A stretch of 64,000 bases of DNA from Octopus sinensis (GCF_006345805.1 NC_043002.1:49600001-49664000), one strand, 5' to 3'. Positions 1-12,475 are shown, numbered from the stretch's first letter. Notes: a model not told the origin generated them from the sequence alone. Numbers and translations are program-made.

Positions 1-325
1 GAGACAGAGAGAGAGATAGATAGATAGATGGATAGACAGATAGATGTCCATGTGTATGAGTTGCATATTAGAAATTTGACACATGTTTCTGTATGTGCAA
101 TGGATGTAAGGCACAGTGTGTGTGCATGTGTGTGTGTGTGTATGCGTGCACATGCTTGTGTGTGGTGTGTGTGTGTGTATGGTGTACAGAAAATGTCAGA
201 AGCAGATCTAGTGTGACTGAAGCAAGCAAGTGCTGAATTACAACAGATGGTAAAATTAATTATTAGCCTTCCATCTCTTAACTTCACTCACATATAGACG
301 TAATTATAATAAATGACTACACACG

Positions 326-372
<47 letters not shown>

Positions 373-460
373 GTAGGCCATGATTTTACTCATGATATTT
401 TCACAATCATACATATACATGCATACACACGTGTGTGTGTGTGTATTTATATATATATAT

Positions 461-493
<33 letters not shown>

Positions 494-582
494 ATTAATT
501 GGGAAACATGTATTTTTGTGGTTGAAACCTATTGGATTAACTGGTGCTAGAGTGAGCCATATAGTGACCACTCTCTTATATT

Positions 583-614
<32 letters not shown>

Positions 615-1035
615 GGAAGTGCGGAAGTGTCATACTCACACCTATATACAAGAATATGTGCATGTGCTTGTGTGTATAATGCTTTCATACAATATATATA
701 TATATAAGCAGTATATACTCATGCACTCACATATATACATACATATGCATATTTTCTCAATGTATTTTTTATATACCCGCACACACATGAAGTTATATGA
801 ATATATACACACCATCACTTATATATACATTTTAAACACACACATACACCCTCTCTCATTTTCTCTCTCTCTCTCTATCTTTCTCTCTCATTCATAATCT
901 TCTATTTTCTGTTTCCATAGTAATATTTGTCTAATTCTAAATAGAGATCAAGATTCTGCTATTCTCCAAATAACTTATCTCTCTCTCCCTCTCCATTCAC
1001 TTCCTGAAGCCCTTTCTCTACTATCTAACACCCAC

Positions 1036-1086
1036 CTTCAGCTTGCAGCATGGATCTAAAGAGAAGGTACATCGTAAAGAACCAAA
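1036..1086 (-). CDS. Candidate 51-nt micro-exon of an unidentified minus-strand gene
   Basis: Minus strand reads tttttag|TTTGGTTC...GCTGAAG|gtgggt. Open in phase 0 (FGSLRCTFSLDPCCKLK) and phase 1 (WFFTMYLLFRSMLQAE). No homology recognised. Confidence 0.25.
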
Positions 1087-1211
1087 CTAAAAAAGTTACA
1101 AATAATTTTAGACTTTATATTGTTTTACCACAGCATTAGAGTAAATTTCATCATATCATTGTTCCAAGTAGCTTATAGAGAAACACACATTTTCATCATT
1201 ATCATCATCAT

Positions 1212-1395
1212 TTTAACCCTTTTTTATTCACATTATTCTGTCCAGGTAATGTTTATTTATTCACGTTGTTTTGAATTAATCATGCATTATAATTTAGTTT
1301 TAAGATTTTGATGAGGTAACCGTTAACTTTAAGAAGGATATTGTAGGGTAGGTGTGAGAGGCTGAATCTGGCCAGTTTGAACATAAAGCAGGTGA
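1212..1395 (+). mobile_element. Partial piggyBac-type MITE (same family as 9200-9742)
   Basis: Starts ttaaccctt. Shares tttattcac...gttttgaattaatcatgcatt and tgtagggtaggtgtgagaggc...tctggccagtttgaacataaa with the 9.2-9.7 kb copy. Right end displaced by an RTE-type insertion. Confidence 0.6.
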
Positions 1396-1830
1396 GGAAG
1401 CATGATCTTTGAATGATGGGCCTCATGGAGGCAATGACAGGTGACTGAGACATTTGGCCATATGCTGTGCTTGAGAAGCCCGTCAAGCCAAGTGAAATCG
1501 TAGTCTTGGTTGTTACCAATGTCACATAACTGATACTTGTGCTGATAGCACATGAAAAACATCCTTCAAACATTGGGCCTCATGGAGGCTATGACAGGTG
1601 ACTGAGACCTTTGGCGGTATGCTGTGCTTCAGAAGAATTGTCAAGTCAAGTGGAATCATAGTCGTGGCCAGTGCTGGTGTCATGTAACTGGCACCAATGT
1701 TGGTAACATGTAAAAAGCACTCACTACACTCTTGGAGTGGTTGGCATTAGGAAAGGCATCCAGCAGTAGAAACCATGCCAAATCAGACTGGAAGCAGACA
1801 CTGAATGATGTTGATGATGGCTGATGTAAA
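1396..1830 (+). mobile_element. RTE-clade LINE 3' region or derived SINE with internal ~157-bp tandem duplication
   Basis: gggcctcatggaggc(a/t)atgacaggtgactgagac occurs at ~1418 and ~1575. Ends gtggttggcattaggaaaggcatccagcagtagaaacc...(gat)n, a tail seen repeatedly in this window. Confidence 0.6.
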
Positions 1831-1834
1831 AGCT

Positions 1835-2030
1835 AAAGACTTAAAATCCACTTTTCTATGCTTGTATGGGGTAGACAGAATTTGTTGAGGCAGATTTTTC
1901 TTTCTACAGCTGGATACCCTTCCTTTCACCAACCCTGGCCTGTTTCTATGTAAAATGATATATCCCCTTACACAAACATGTTTTCTCCCAGATGACTGGA
2001 AATGAACGTCACTAGTAACAGCAATGATCA
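1835..2030 (-). mobile_element. RTE-type tail fragment, antisense
   Basis: Reverse complement contains gggtatccagctgtagaaa...tctgcctcaacaaattctgtctacccc, matching the RTE-type tail motif at 1750-1800 and 13845-13920. Confidence 0.5.
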
Positions 2031-2179
2031 TTTACAACCAACATATTATGTAAGCACACACTGAACAGGCTTCTTTTGGTTTCAGTCTGCCAAATTAAAC
2101 TCAAAGCTTTGGTCAGCCCAGGGTTATTTTAGTTCCAGCCTATCTGCATTCCACTTGCTACTTTTATTTTCACATTGCT

Positions 2180-2345
2180 GTGTGGCTAAGAAGCTTGCTT
2201 TCCAACCACATGGTTCCAGGTTCAGTCCCACTGCATGGCACCTTGGCTAAGTGTTTTCTACTATAACCCTGGCCAACCAAAGCTTCAAGAGAGGACTTGA
2301 TTAACAAAAACTAAATGAGGCCAGTTGTGTGTGTGTGTGTGTGTG
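2180..2345 (+). mobile_element. SINE family A (tRNA head plus CORE-like body), CpG-decayed 5' half
   Basis: gctgtgtggctaagaagcttgctttccaaccacatggttccaggttcagtcccactgcatggcaccttgg; same family as the intact copy at 44114. Confidence 0.8.
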
Positions 2346-2879
2346 AAAGAGGGAGATTGTTGTAAATGCATGTTACTGTTATAAAAGCAGTGTTGTTTAT
2401 TTCCAGTATTCTGTGAAAAGTATGTCTGGCCATGGAGTCATATTATCTTGCTTGGAGGCAGCTGAGTGTTGGCAAAAGAAGAAATCTGAATTTGAACTTA
2501 GACTCCAGAGAACCCCATTCTGTGAGTCTGTTTCGCTTAGCTTGGATTTCTAAAGATCTCATATGGCTTCCTTCATTGAATATGCACTAAAGAGCAGGAG
2601 ACACTGCCATAAGAAGTTATCTTTCAGATACATACATGTGCATGCACACACATACATGCACACACAAAGGCATGTGCTTGCACATAGACACACACACAAA
2701 AGCATGTGCACAGACATACACACATGCACATAAAGGCATGTGCACACACACACACATACACAATACATAACACTACTTGAAAGAAGTAAAACTAAACACA
2801 AAAATACGAAGGGTTTGTTTCAAATAGTTGGGGTCTCATCACATCACAGTATACGGACACTACACTGTACATATAACAG

Positions 2880-2923
<44 letters not shown>

Positions 2924-2929
2924 CCTTAC

Positions 2930-2983
2930 CAGCTTTAAATTACAACATGACCACTCCAAACACTTCTTGTACAAACCACACTT
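2930..2983 (-). CDS. Candidate 54-nt micro-exon
   Basis: gatattgtag|AAGTGTGG...AAAGCTG|gtaagg. Only phase 0 is open (KCGLYKKCLEWSCCNLKL). It is a unique island between microsatellites. Confidence 0.25.
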
Positions 2984-3489
2984 CTACAATATCCACAGAA
3001 GATATATGTGTATGTGTGGTGTGTGTGTGTGTGTGTGTGAATATGTATATATTTGCATGTGTGTATGTATACATATGTGTGTGTGTGTTTGTGTGTATCA
3101 TCATCATCGTTTAACATCCGCCTTCCATGTTGGCATGAGTGGGACAGGATACATACATACATACATACATACATACATACATACATACATACATACATAC
3201 ATACATACATACATACGTATGTATGTATGTATGTGTGTGTGTGTGTGAAGCCTTCTTCTCATCAACTCCCCTGCAGCCCAAACACCTTTGGCAAGAATGT
3301 GCTGCTCTCTGGAGTAAGATTCTGAGATGGAGAACAAATGATGAAACGAGATCTTATTATAAAGTCAATCTGCGATAAACTTTCCAGGAGTCAAGCTGGA
3401 GTTGTTTATGAATGAAGGGAATGTACATAAGTGGGTAGATAGCATTGTAATCACTCAGTGCACGGCTGCGGGTTGTGCCACACCCCGCC

Positions 3490-3900
3490 TCTGCACCTCT
3501 GCCTCCACCACCACCGCCACTGACACCATCACCAACAGCATCAGCATCCCTACCAACACCAACACCATCAGTACCACCACCACCAACACCATCAGTACTA
3601 CCACCACCACTACCAGCAATAACACCACAACCACTATCACCATCACCACCAATATCAACGTCACTACCATCACCGCATCCACAACTACCACCACTACCAC
3701 TACCACTGTCATCACCAACACCATCACCACTGACACAACCATTAACCACCACCACCACCACTACTCCATTCCTAATCAACATCATCAGGCTCACTACAAA
3801 CCACCTCTGCGTATTTTGAACTCCTGCGGTCACTGCATGGCATAAATCGCATGGAACACACCACCATCACCACCACCACCACCACCACATCAATATGGAA
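3490..3900. repeat. Low-complexity (ACC/ACT/ATC)n mosaic
   Basis: Degenerate trinucleotide repeats; source of the Thr-, Pro-, Gly- and Val-rich ORFs in several frames. Confidence 0.85.
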
Positions 3901-4087
3901 TGGTTAAATACCATCATGATGTGTGTACATGTGTGTATCCATGCATGTGTGTGTGTGTGTCTTTGTGGGAGATTGAATAATGAAATTAAGGTGATTTAGA
4001 AGAATACATGTGTTATTTGTCTTGATTGATTGCGTGTGTGTGTTTCTGTGTTGTACATTCATATATAAATGTGTGTGAGTGAGTGAG

Positions 4088-4160
<73 letters not shown>

Positions 4161-4877
4161 CACTCATATATGTATATCCTCACTTCTAAGCTGTCCATTA
4201 CACATCCAAATACCTTATAATGCACAATCATATTTCCACCATTGCGCATGTGCAGGCAAACATGCACATGGACACACGAACACGCACACACACACACACA
4301 CACACACATGCAAACTCACATGTGTATGTACACACAAACATATACACATGCAAACACATGTGTATGTACACACACACAAATACATGCACAAGCACAATCA
4401 TACACACACACACACAAGCATATATATATATATATATATTATACAGAGAGAGAGAGATACTAAAACACTCACAGATATGTATGTATCTGTGTATTTAATA
4501 CACCTCCAGTGTGTTGTGTGTGTGTGTGTTGTTTCTCCTTACTTTTGAATATTTTTTGTTGTTATGTTGGTATATTTTATTTCATTGTTGTAGAATTCTA
4601 TTTTATTTATTATTATTCTTTTGTTTTTGTTTTCATTTTTTTCCTTTTTCTACATTATATGAGGATTGTGTCATGTTGCCAGCTTTGTTTTGCTACATTC
4701 TCCCAACCAGGAATGGTACATCTCTGTGGAAGCAGCTTTTTTTATTTTTTTATTTTTTTTCCAAAGCAGAGTAGGGGGTGAAATGACAGCCCCACCAAGC
4801 GCAAATCTAATTCCAACTGGATTTATGGTTGCAATAAAAGAACATGGTTCTACACATGGATATAGTTGTGTGAATAC

Positions 4878-4936
4878 CTCATAGTAAGGCTTTATAAAGT
4901 TGTGATTACTTTTATGATTTGATGAGAAATTCACAA
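4878..4936 (-). CDS. Candidate 59-nt micro-exon
   Basis: gtgttttgcag|TTGTGAAT...TACTATGAG|gtattc. Only phase 1 is open (xVNFSSNHKSNHNFIKPYYE), ending in phase 0. Confidence 0.2.
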
Positions 4937-4982
4937 CTGCAAAACACAACAACAACAACAACAATAATAATAATAATAATAA

Positions 4983-5820
4983 GCACAAGGCTTGAAATTT
5001 GGTGGAAGGGGAATAGTCGATGACATGGACCCCAGTGTTTCACTGGTACTTAATTTATTGACCCCAAAAGGATGAAAGGCAAAGTCAACCTTGGCAGAAT
5101 TTGAACTTAGAAGGTAGCGACGAGTGAAATATCACAAAGCATTTTGCCCAGCATGCTAACAATTCTGCCTGAATAGCAATGATAATAATGGTTTCAAATT
5201 TTAGCACAAGGCCAGCAAGCTTGGAGGAGGGAGAAAGTCAGTTACATTGACCCCAGTGTTCAACTGGTACTTATTTTATTGACCCCAAGAGAATAAAAAG
5301 CAATGTTGACCTCAGTGGAATTTGAACTCAAACTGCAAAGATGGATGAAATGTTACTATGCATTATGTGTGGCATGCTAATGATCCAGCCAGTTCACTGC
5401 CTCAATGATAATAATAATCCTTTCTACTGGAAGCACAAGACCTCAAATTTGGGGGAAGGGATTAAGTCAATTACATCAACCCCAGTACATAACTGGTACT
5501 TATTTAATCAACCCCAAAAGGATGAAAGGCAAAATCAATCTCGGCAGAATCTGAACTCAGCAATGGGTGAAATAACGATTTTGCCAGCTCACCGCCTTAA
5601 TAATAATGATAATAATAATAATCCTTTCTATTATAGGCACAAGGCCTGAAGTTGTGGGGGAGGGGTCTAGTCGATTACATCAACCCCAGAATTTCATTGG
5701 TACTAAATTTATCAACCCCAAAAGGATGAAAGGCAAAGTCAACCATGGCAGAATTTGAATCCAGAACATAGCAATGGGCAAAATACTGCTAAGCATTTCA
5801 CCTGGTATGCTAACAGTTGT
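4983..5820 (-). mobile_element. Stack of about four SINE family B copies (Deu/Nin-like core), CpG-decayed
   Basis: Repeated gatgaaaggcaaagtcaaccttggcagaatttgaact, versus intact gtcgacctcggcggaatttgaact elsewhere. Copies are separated by (aat)n tails. Confidence 0.85.
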
Positions 5821-5821
5821 G

Positions 5822-6065
5822 ACAGTACCAGAAGATCAATATATTATGAAAGAAAGAGTAAAAAGGTCAACAAATATGGAGACCTGAAAATGAGATCACC
5901 AAATATAAATGAAGAGAGTCAAACATAAATGGAGCATTGGTTTCAATACTACCCAACCTGAAGAAACATTTGGACACTTTAGAAATACTCTACAGTCTTG
6001 GTGTATTGCAGAAGTCAGCTTTACTTGGAACTGTGCACATACTGCATAAAGTACTGTCTGTTTAC
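5822..6065 (+). pseudogene. R4/Dong-type (restriction-like endonuclease) non-LTR retrotransposon ORF C-terminal remnant
   Basis: Frameshifted translation gives KYGDLK...ALVSILPNLKKHLDTLEILYSLGVLQKSALLGTVHILHKVLSV. This matches the typical KYxDL...GALG...LQKxxLLGTAHILRKVL end of R4/Dong/NeSL elements. Confidence 0.75.
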
Positions 6066-6167
6066 TCTCTACTTTTCTTGCCTCTGAGCTGCCTTTCCTC
6101 CTTCTTTCAGCTGGATCCCTATTTTTTCAGCTGTCTCCAGCTATTTTTAGGAGATCCTCTCTTACAT

Positions 6168-6510
6168 GAAGGCACAAGGCTTAGCAGTTAGAGCATCAGC
6201 TCACAATCATGAGGTAGTGAGTTCTATTCCCAGACCTGGCTGTGTTTTTGTGTTCTTGAGCAAGACACTAGTTTACTTTGCTCCAGTTCACTCAGCTGTA
6301 GAAATGAGTTTCAATGTCACTGGTGCCAAGCTGTATTGGCCTTTGCCTTTCCCTTGGATAACATCAGTGGTGTGGAGAGCGAAGGCTTGTATGCATAGGC
6401 AGCGGCTGGTCTTCCATAAACAACCTTGCTGAGACATGTGCCTCAGAGGGAACTTTCTAGTTTCAGTCCCATGGTCATTCATGACCAGAGAGGGTCTTTA
6501 CCTTTACCCT
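6168..6510 (+). mobile_element. SINE family C (tRNA head, gtgttcttgagcaagacact core, (ccttta)n-like tail)
   Basis: A-box-like gcttagcagttagagc and B-box-like gtgagttctattccc. Colinear with the copy at 9274-9586. Confidence 0.75.
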
Positions 6511-6968
6511 CGCTTACACCTTTCTTGGAGGTTTTCTTTCAGTGGTCAGAAGAGGAGTTGGCTTTGCAGCTTCCTTTCATATTTTACTGAACCATATCAT
6601 AATGAATTAAGGCCTTTCTTGCCCAGATTTTGTAGGTTTTGAATTCTCTCTGATGCTCTGTAATTTTTGCTTTTTTTCCTACACAAACCCATTCTAACCT
6701 CTAGGGGTAAAAATGGTCCATATTAATCTGCTTTCTATACTTTGACCAGTCCAGCATGGCAAACCCTACAAGGTGTTTGCATTCTACTAGCATAGTTCTC
6801 AGGGTCATTGCAGTACAACCACCCCCATTGCAATGCTTACATTCAAACAGATACAAATGATTTTAATGTATCAACCTACAAATATCACAAGAATTAAAAA
6901 TAACATTTTAAACCAAAAAAAAAAAAAAAAATAAAGAAATGAAAGTATAATTTTCCATCTACTCTCAC

Positions 6969-7011
6969 CTGAAATTATATAATAGACTGATAGATAGCAA
7001 CAAGAAACAAA
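6969..7011 (-). CDS. Candidate 43-nt micro-exon
   Basis: Strong pyrimidine tract ctctctctcctcgtccttattctccag|TTTGTTTC...ATTTCAG|gtgaga. Open in phase 0 (FVSCCYLSVYYIIS) or phase 1 (CFLLLSISLLYNF). Confidence 0.3.
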
Positions 7012-7629
7012 CTGGAGAATAAGGACGAGGAGAGAGAGAGAGAATATGAAGAACTATGGTAGATCACTTTGACGATCGGTTAGAATATGAAAAGCTTGTG
7101 AAAGGCCATTGATAGGGAAGCATCTAAACTGAGAGCAGCTTATTAAAGATATGCTCTGCTGCTTGCATCAGATGCAATGGAACGTGCATTTCTGTAAATG
7201 ACAGCATAATTGTGCAGGGCTGTGTGAGCTCTATAAGAGCTGTCTGAGTGGCCACATGTTTGTGTTACAACTACAAAACAATGCTTTTCAGTGCCAGCAT
7301 AGAAAGAGCTTGTGTGTGTGTGTGTATGTGTGCATATATATATATATATGTATGTATGTACACTGGCTATCTTTTTCTTCCTCTTACTATACATATCATC
7401 ATACATTTATTTTCTCATACTGGCATTAATGTGTGTGGGTGTGTCTGTACACACTCATACACATCTCTCTCTCTCTCACACACACATATATCACATACAT
7501 ACATATCACATATACACACAAACATCGCACACATGTGTCACGTACATACATATCACATACATATATCACACACACAGCAGACATACACATATCACATGCA
7601 TATCACACACACACACTCACACACAAGTA

Positions 7630-7669
<40 letters not shown>

Positions 7670-8083
7670 GCTAACACAATAATGTAAAAAAAAAATATTG
7701 ACAAACTGATACAATCACACAGAAGCTAATACTTATTTGATATAATCATAATAGTCTCAGAGACAAACAATACTTGCTTGCACACACACACACACACACA
7801 CACAACTGAAAACTGCTTTTGATAGACTGATTGTATGTATGTCAATATCTAAGTTGAAAGTTTAGTAACAGCCAACCAGCTACCAGAGGTAGTGTTAGAA
7901 ACCTCATTTAGCCAACAACCAGAATCAAACTTGTCAAATGCATCATACCTTCTAATTCATACCAACCTTTAGCCTTAAATGTTCTTATCCTGCGTCTGCT
8001 ACTGTTGCCATTTTAAATCTGCAGAACCTAATGCAGTGTGAATGGTTTGGAGGTGGAAAATAGCTAACTATAGAGAAAGTGTG

Positions 8084-8125
<42 letters not shown>

Positions 8126-8276
8126 ATTGTATTTGATATGTATATATGTGTATATGTACATTTATATGTGTGTGAGTGTGCTATATTCAACACACATATA
8201 TGTATATGTATTTGTGTCTATGTCTATATATATATATATATATATATACATCTTACAATTAATCTTTGTGTGTGTT

Positions 8277-8319
<43 letters not shown>

Positions 8320-9199
8320 AAATAATTTAATGCAATGCACACGTGTAAATGTATATAAATGTGTGGTTATATTTTAATGTGTGCGTGTGTGTGTGTGTGT
8401 TGGGATATTTCCATGTTTATGTGTTGTATTTAAAATACACATGTATGTATGTATATATGAGCGGTATTTAACACATACATTTCTAAGAGTTTATTCTGTT
8501 GTGAGTATGTATGTTCAGTAACTTGCGAATAACAATTTAGATTATATAAATAAAAGAAAAGGAAGAAAGAAAGACCTGAGAGAGAGAGAGAGAGAGAAAT
8601 GACAGTTGTGTATAATTGCCTGATGTTGCCAGCTGTTTAATAAATGTATATTATATGAGTGTGTTTATGTGTACATACACCCTATATACATGTGCAAATA
8701 CGTGCACACATACCTCAGACCCACACATCACAAAAATAAAGAGAAGGTATACTTTTCTAGTCATTAGTATATGTTCTAACAATAGTCACACTGACATTAT
8801 TGTATCTCACCTAATGGTCAGAACATTCTCTTATCAAAAGATCTGTCAAGAACATCATCTCCTCGCGTTTGTATGGCGTCCCTTGGTAACAACTGTACAG
8901 TTTTCGGTGGTAACAACTGGACACTGTCCAGTAGATAATATTGAGTTTCTGCTTCGTATTCTATGTTTCAGCCAGCAGTGGCACACTTCGTAGTCGCTCA
9001 GATGTTTTCAATCCCGACTGCGAAAACCTCTGTCGGCAAACTGTTACTCTCTTCTATGTACATTAAACATAAATTAGGCTTTCTGTGTAGATTGTGTCGA
9101 CTCAGAAACCGTACCATATTCATCCGTTGGAGCAACAAGGACCACCTAAGCCATTCTTGAGGGGAAGATGACTGATAACTTGTACAGTGACTTTGTGTA

Positions 9200-9742
9200 A
9201 TTCTTTAAGCATTCAGATTACTCTACCAAAAGTAATGCTTGTTTATTCACATAGTTTTGAATTAACCATGCATTGGCACATACCGCAGTGGTTAGAGCAT
9301 TGGGCTTACAATCCTGTGGTTGTGAGTTCAATTCTCAGACTGAACTGTGTGTTGTGTTCTTGAGCAAGACACTTTATTTCACGTTGCTCCAGTTCACTCA
9401 CTGGTGCCAAGCTGTATTGGCCTTTGCCTTTTCCTTGGACAACATCGGTGGTGTGGGGAGGGTAACTGGCATGCACAGGCAACTGCTGGTCTTTCACAAA
9501 CAAGCTTTCCCGCACTTGTGTCTTGGAGGGAACTTTCTAAGTGCAATCCCATGGTCATTTGTTACTGAAGGGGGTCTTTTACGCTATCTTGATTATAGCT
9601 TTGAAGTTTTTATGATTTGATTGTTTGTTTTTAGAATGACATTGTTGGGTAGATATAAGAGGCCAGATTTGGCTGGGTTGAATATAAAACAGGTAGAATA
9701 TTTGGGCCTGATATGGCCAGTTTTAATGCTAAAGGATTAATG
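9200..9742 (+). mobile_element. piggyBac-type MITE interrupted by a family C SINE
   Basis: Degenerate left end ctttaagcattcag and right end aatgctaaaggattaa form an inverted pair with a TTAA context. Body matches 1212-1395. Confidence 0.6.
9274..9586 (+). mobile_element. SINE family C copy nested in the MITE
   Basis: cgcagtggttagagcattggg...gtgagttcaattc...gtgttcttgagcaagacact; colinear with 6168-6510. Confidence 0.75.
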
Positions 9743-11166
9743 TGAAGAAGAGTTGCACACTGTCAACTCTCACTCTCTCACCTATGACCATCTTCAGTCC
9801 AGTGGATAGTCTAGGGAATGGAGCTGGATGTAGTGGATGACCAAGATACCCTACTTGCCTCATCTTTCTCTCTGCACTTCACAACGTGTTGCTGAAGCTG
9901 ATTGCTCTTCTGTTGAACTATGAAGCTTTTTGTTTGCAGTGTGCACTGAATCCAGTTTTCACATGCATAGATAGCAATACCCTAAATATGCTAATTAACC
10001 TACAGCTAGGACCCTTAACAAGTGCTGTTACTCTGGGTCAGAGTAGCCCTAGGAACAACAGTGGCTAAGAGGTAGTTCCTTGTACCTCAAAAACTCCTGA
10101 ACTGGGACCTTACTGTCAGATGCAGTTTATAGTCACACCCAGGACAAAACCCTACTTTCATGAGCTTACATAATGTGTTGTTATCATTATCATCATATTT
10201 GGTTTTGGGATTTGATCAAAACTATTGAAAAGGTTGCAAGATGCAACGAAAATTTTAGGACAATAAAAATAAGAAAAAAGTGGAAATTTTACTGGTGAGT
10301 GTGCTGCATAATAAGGCACAAAAAGAAAATTACTCTCCCCAGACACAACAGAATTATCATCATAATTATTGTTTTAATATACTGCCTATTAAGATGCTGT
10401 AACATGCATCATAATACCAGAGGGAAGAGATAGAGAATTCTGTAAAATGCAATCAACCAACTCTGAAGTTTGCTCTCTGTTACTAGTCAACAGCTACAGC
10501 CATAATGAACATTAAAAAATAAAAATGCAAAAAACTAGTTGCTTTTGAGTTTAGCTGCCTCACATCATTTCATTCACAAAATAACAATTCACAGAGAGGA
10601 ACTCTCATTATTTTAACTTTAGATATAATGATGATAAGAGCAATTTATATATATTTCTTTATTAACAATCTGTCATTTTGTTGTCAAGGATGCTATGATA
10701 CATTTTTAAGTTCTCAGTAAACTGCCATTCCCAGGTGTATACATTTTGCATGTGACACTATTCAATTGGGAAAATCTTGAATGTCAAAAATTCTCATTTC
10801 CCCCCATCATCTAAATGTTATAAATCTATTGATTTATGCTTTAAAATGCAATATATTATCTATTCACAAAATAATTGTATTTCAAAAATAAATTTTATAA
10901 TAACCTGTACCCTACAGACAATTTATAGTTTTTAAAAGCTGCTCTTCATAAGTACTTATCAATAATCTATTTAGATTTAGTTAGATTGATAGAAGTCTAT
11001 CTAGAGAATCCACCTGTGCTTCATATCTCCAATCTATTTAGCTATATAAATTGATAAAAGTCCACCTAAAGACTCTAGCTATGTCTCATATTGTCAGTCT
11101 ATTTGGATAGATTGATAGAAGACCACCTCAGGACTCCACCAATCTTTTATTTTTGCTATTAATTTA

Positions 11167-11579
11167 TCTATAATATAAATTGGACATGAGCAATCATTGT
11201 ATTCTTTCTTGTCTTGAGGTTCATAGCCAAACGGCTGGGTGGATTCGCATGAAAAATGGCACACATGTGGAGACGGGTGCATAAATTGGAATGCAGTTTG
11301 TATTTTTTTCCTAGCCCCCATACTTACCGAAAAAAAAATTGATTAAAACTTTTTCTAATAGAATTCCCCTCTTTCTTCTGCCATTAAAACAACCAGTTGC
11401 TTAGAAGCTGTTTTCTGATGGGGTGGGGCCAGGAAATTTTCATACAGCTGGAGGCTCCAATCAAAACAGGGAACCCGAAATGATAAGGTTGAGAAATGCT
11501 GTTATAGATTATGCCTAACCGAAAACGATCATAGACAAATCATCCAAACAGACCAGGTGAAACCGGGCTTAGCTGCTAG
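11167..11579 (+). mobile_element. Non-autonomous Helitron
   Basis: A|TCTATAATATAAA 5' end, internal aaacggctgggtggattc motif, subterminal GC hairpin ccaggtgaaaccggg, and CTAG|T 3' end. Inserted at an AT dinucleotide with no TSD. Confidence 0.7.
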
Positions 11580-11949
11580 TTAAATATATAGACAGAAGTG
11601 AACCTAAAGACTGCATTATTGCATCTTGTCAATCAATTTAAATAGACAAATTCAAGGAAGTCCATCTATAGACTCCACTTGTTTTATTTCTGCTATCTAT
11701 TTAAACAGATAGCACCTAAGAATTCCACCTGTATTTTATGTCTCCGGTCTATTTATATAGAGAGATTCAAAGAAGTTCATCTACAGACTCCACCTGTATT
11801 TCATTTCTGCTATCAATTCCAATAGATAGAGTGAAAGAAACCCACCTAAGGATTCCACCTGTGTTTCATGTCTCCAGTCTATTTAAATAGATACAGGATG
11901 CTGAAGCTTTCCTACGAAATGACAAAGGACCATGATATCTGGTACCTTG

Positions 11950-12475
11950 CTGTATTCAAAAAGACCCGTCCTCCACAGCAGAAGTATTAAGGCCACTCCC
12001 CTGATGAAGAGGATTGGCCTGCAAGAGTCATGTGCAGGCACCACATAAAAGGCACTCATGCTGGTGCCACATTAAAAGCATCCAGCACACACTGAAAAGG
12101 GCTTAGTGTTAGGAAGGGCATCCAGCTATAGAAACCAAGCCAAATCAGAATGGATTCTGGTGCAGCTCTCCTACTTGCCAGCTGTGGTCAAACTGTCCAA
12201 CTCATGTCAGCATGGAAAACAGACATTAACCCTTTCATTACCATATTTATTTTGAGATGCTCAGTGTTTCTTGCAATGATTTAAAATATAACAAAGAATT
12301 TAGTAAAATAACTTAGCTATCTTTAAGTTAGTGTTAGGAATATAAATTGTGACTAAAATTTGGTATAAGATTTTAATTCAAAACTTATGAAAACAAAACA
12401 TTTGTACTACAGAGACAGAGCTGGTTTCAGCTGGGTTGGTAATGAAAGGGTTAAAGGATGATGATGATGATGATG
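11950..12475 (+). mobile_element. RTE-type 3' tail interrupted by a piggyBac MITE
   Basis: gttaggaagggcatccagctatagaaacc...cagcatggaaaacagacattaa[MITE]aggatgatgatgatgat. Confidence 0.65.
12230..12450. mobile_element. piggyBac-type MITE, 221 bp
   Basis: Perfect 14-bp TIR ccctttcattacca / tggtaatgaaaggg. TTAA duplicated at 12226-12229 and 12451-12454. Confidence 0.9.

Noticed and set aside
3402-3845. Thr-rich mucin-like ORF and overlapping Pro-, Gly- and Val-rich ORFs
   Set aside because: Open in several frames on both strands because of stop-free (ACC)n repeats. Similar tracts occur at 49250-49760, 54930-55250 and 59970-60200.
6836-6870. ttgtag|...|gtaagc bounded 35-nt segment on the minus strand
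   Set aside because: Stop codons in all three frames. It could only be a terminal or non-coding exon, and there is no further support.
12001-12030. CTGATGA hammerhead-like start
   Set aside because: No GAAA block or paired stem II follows.
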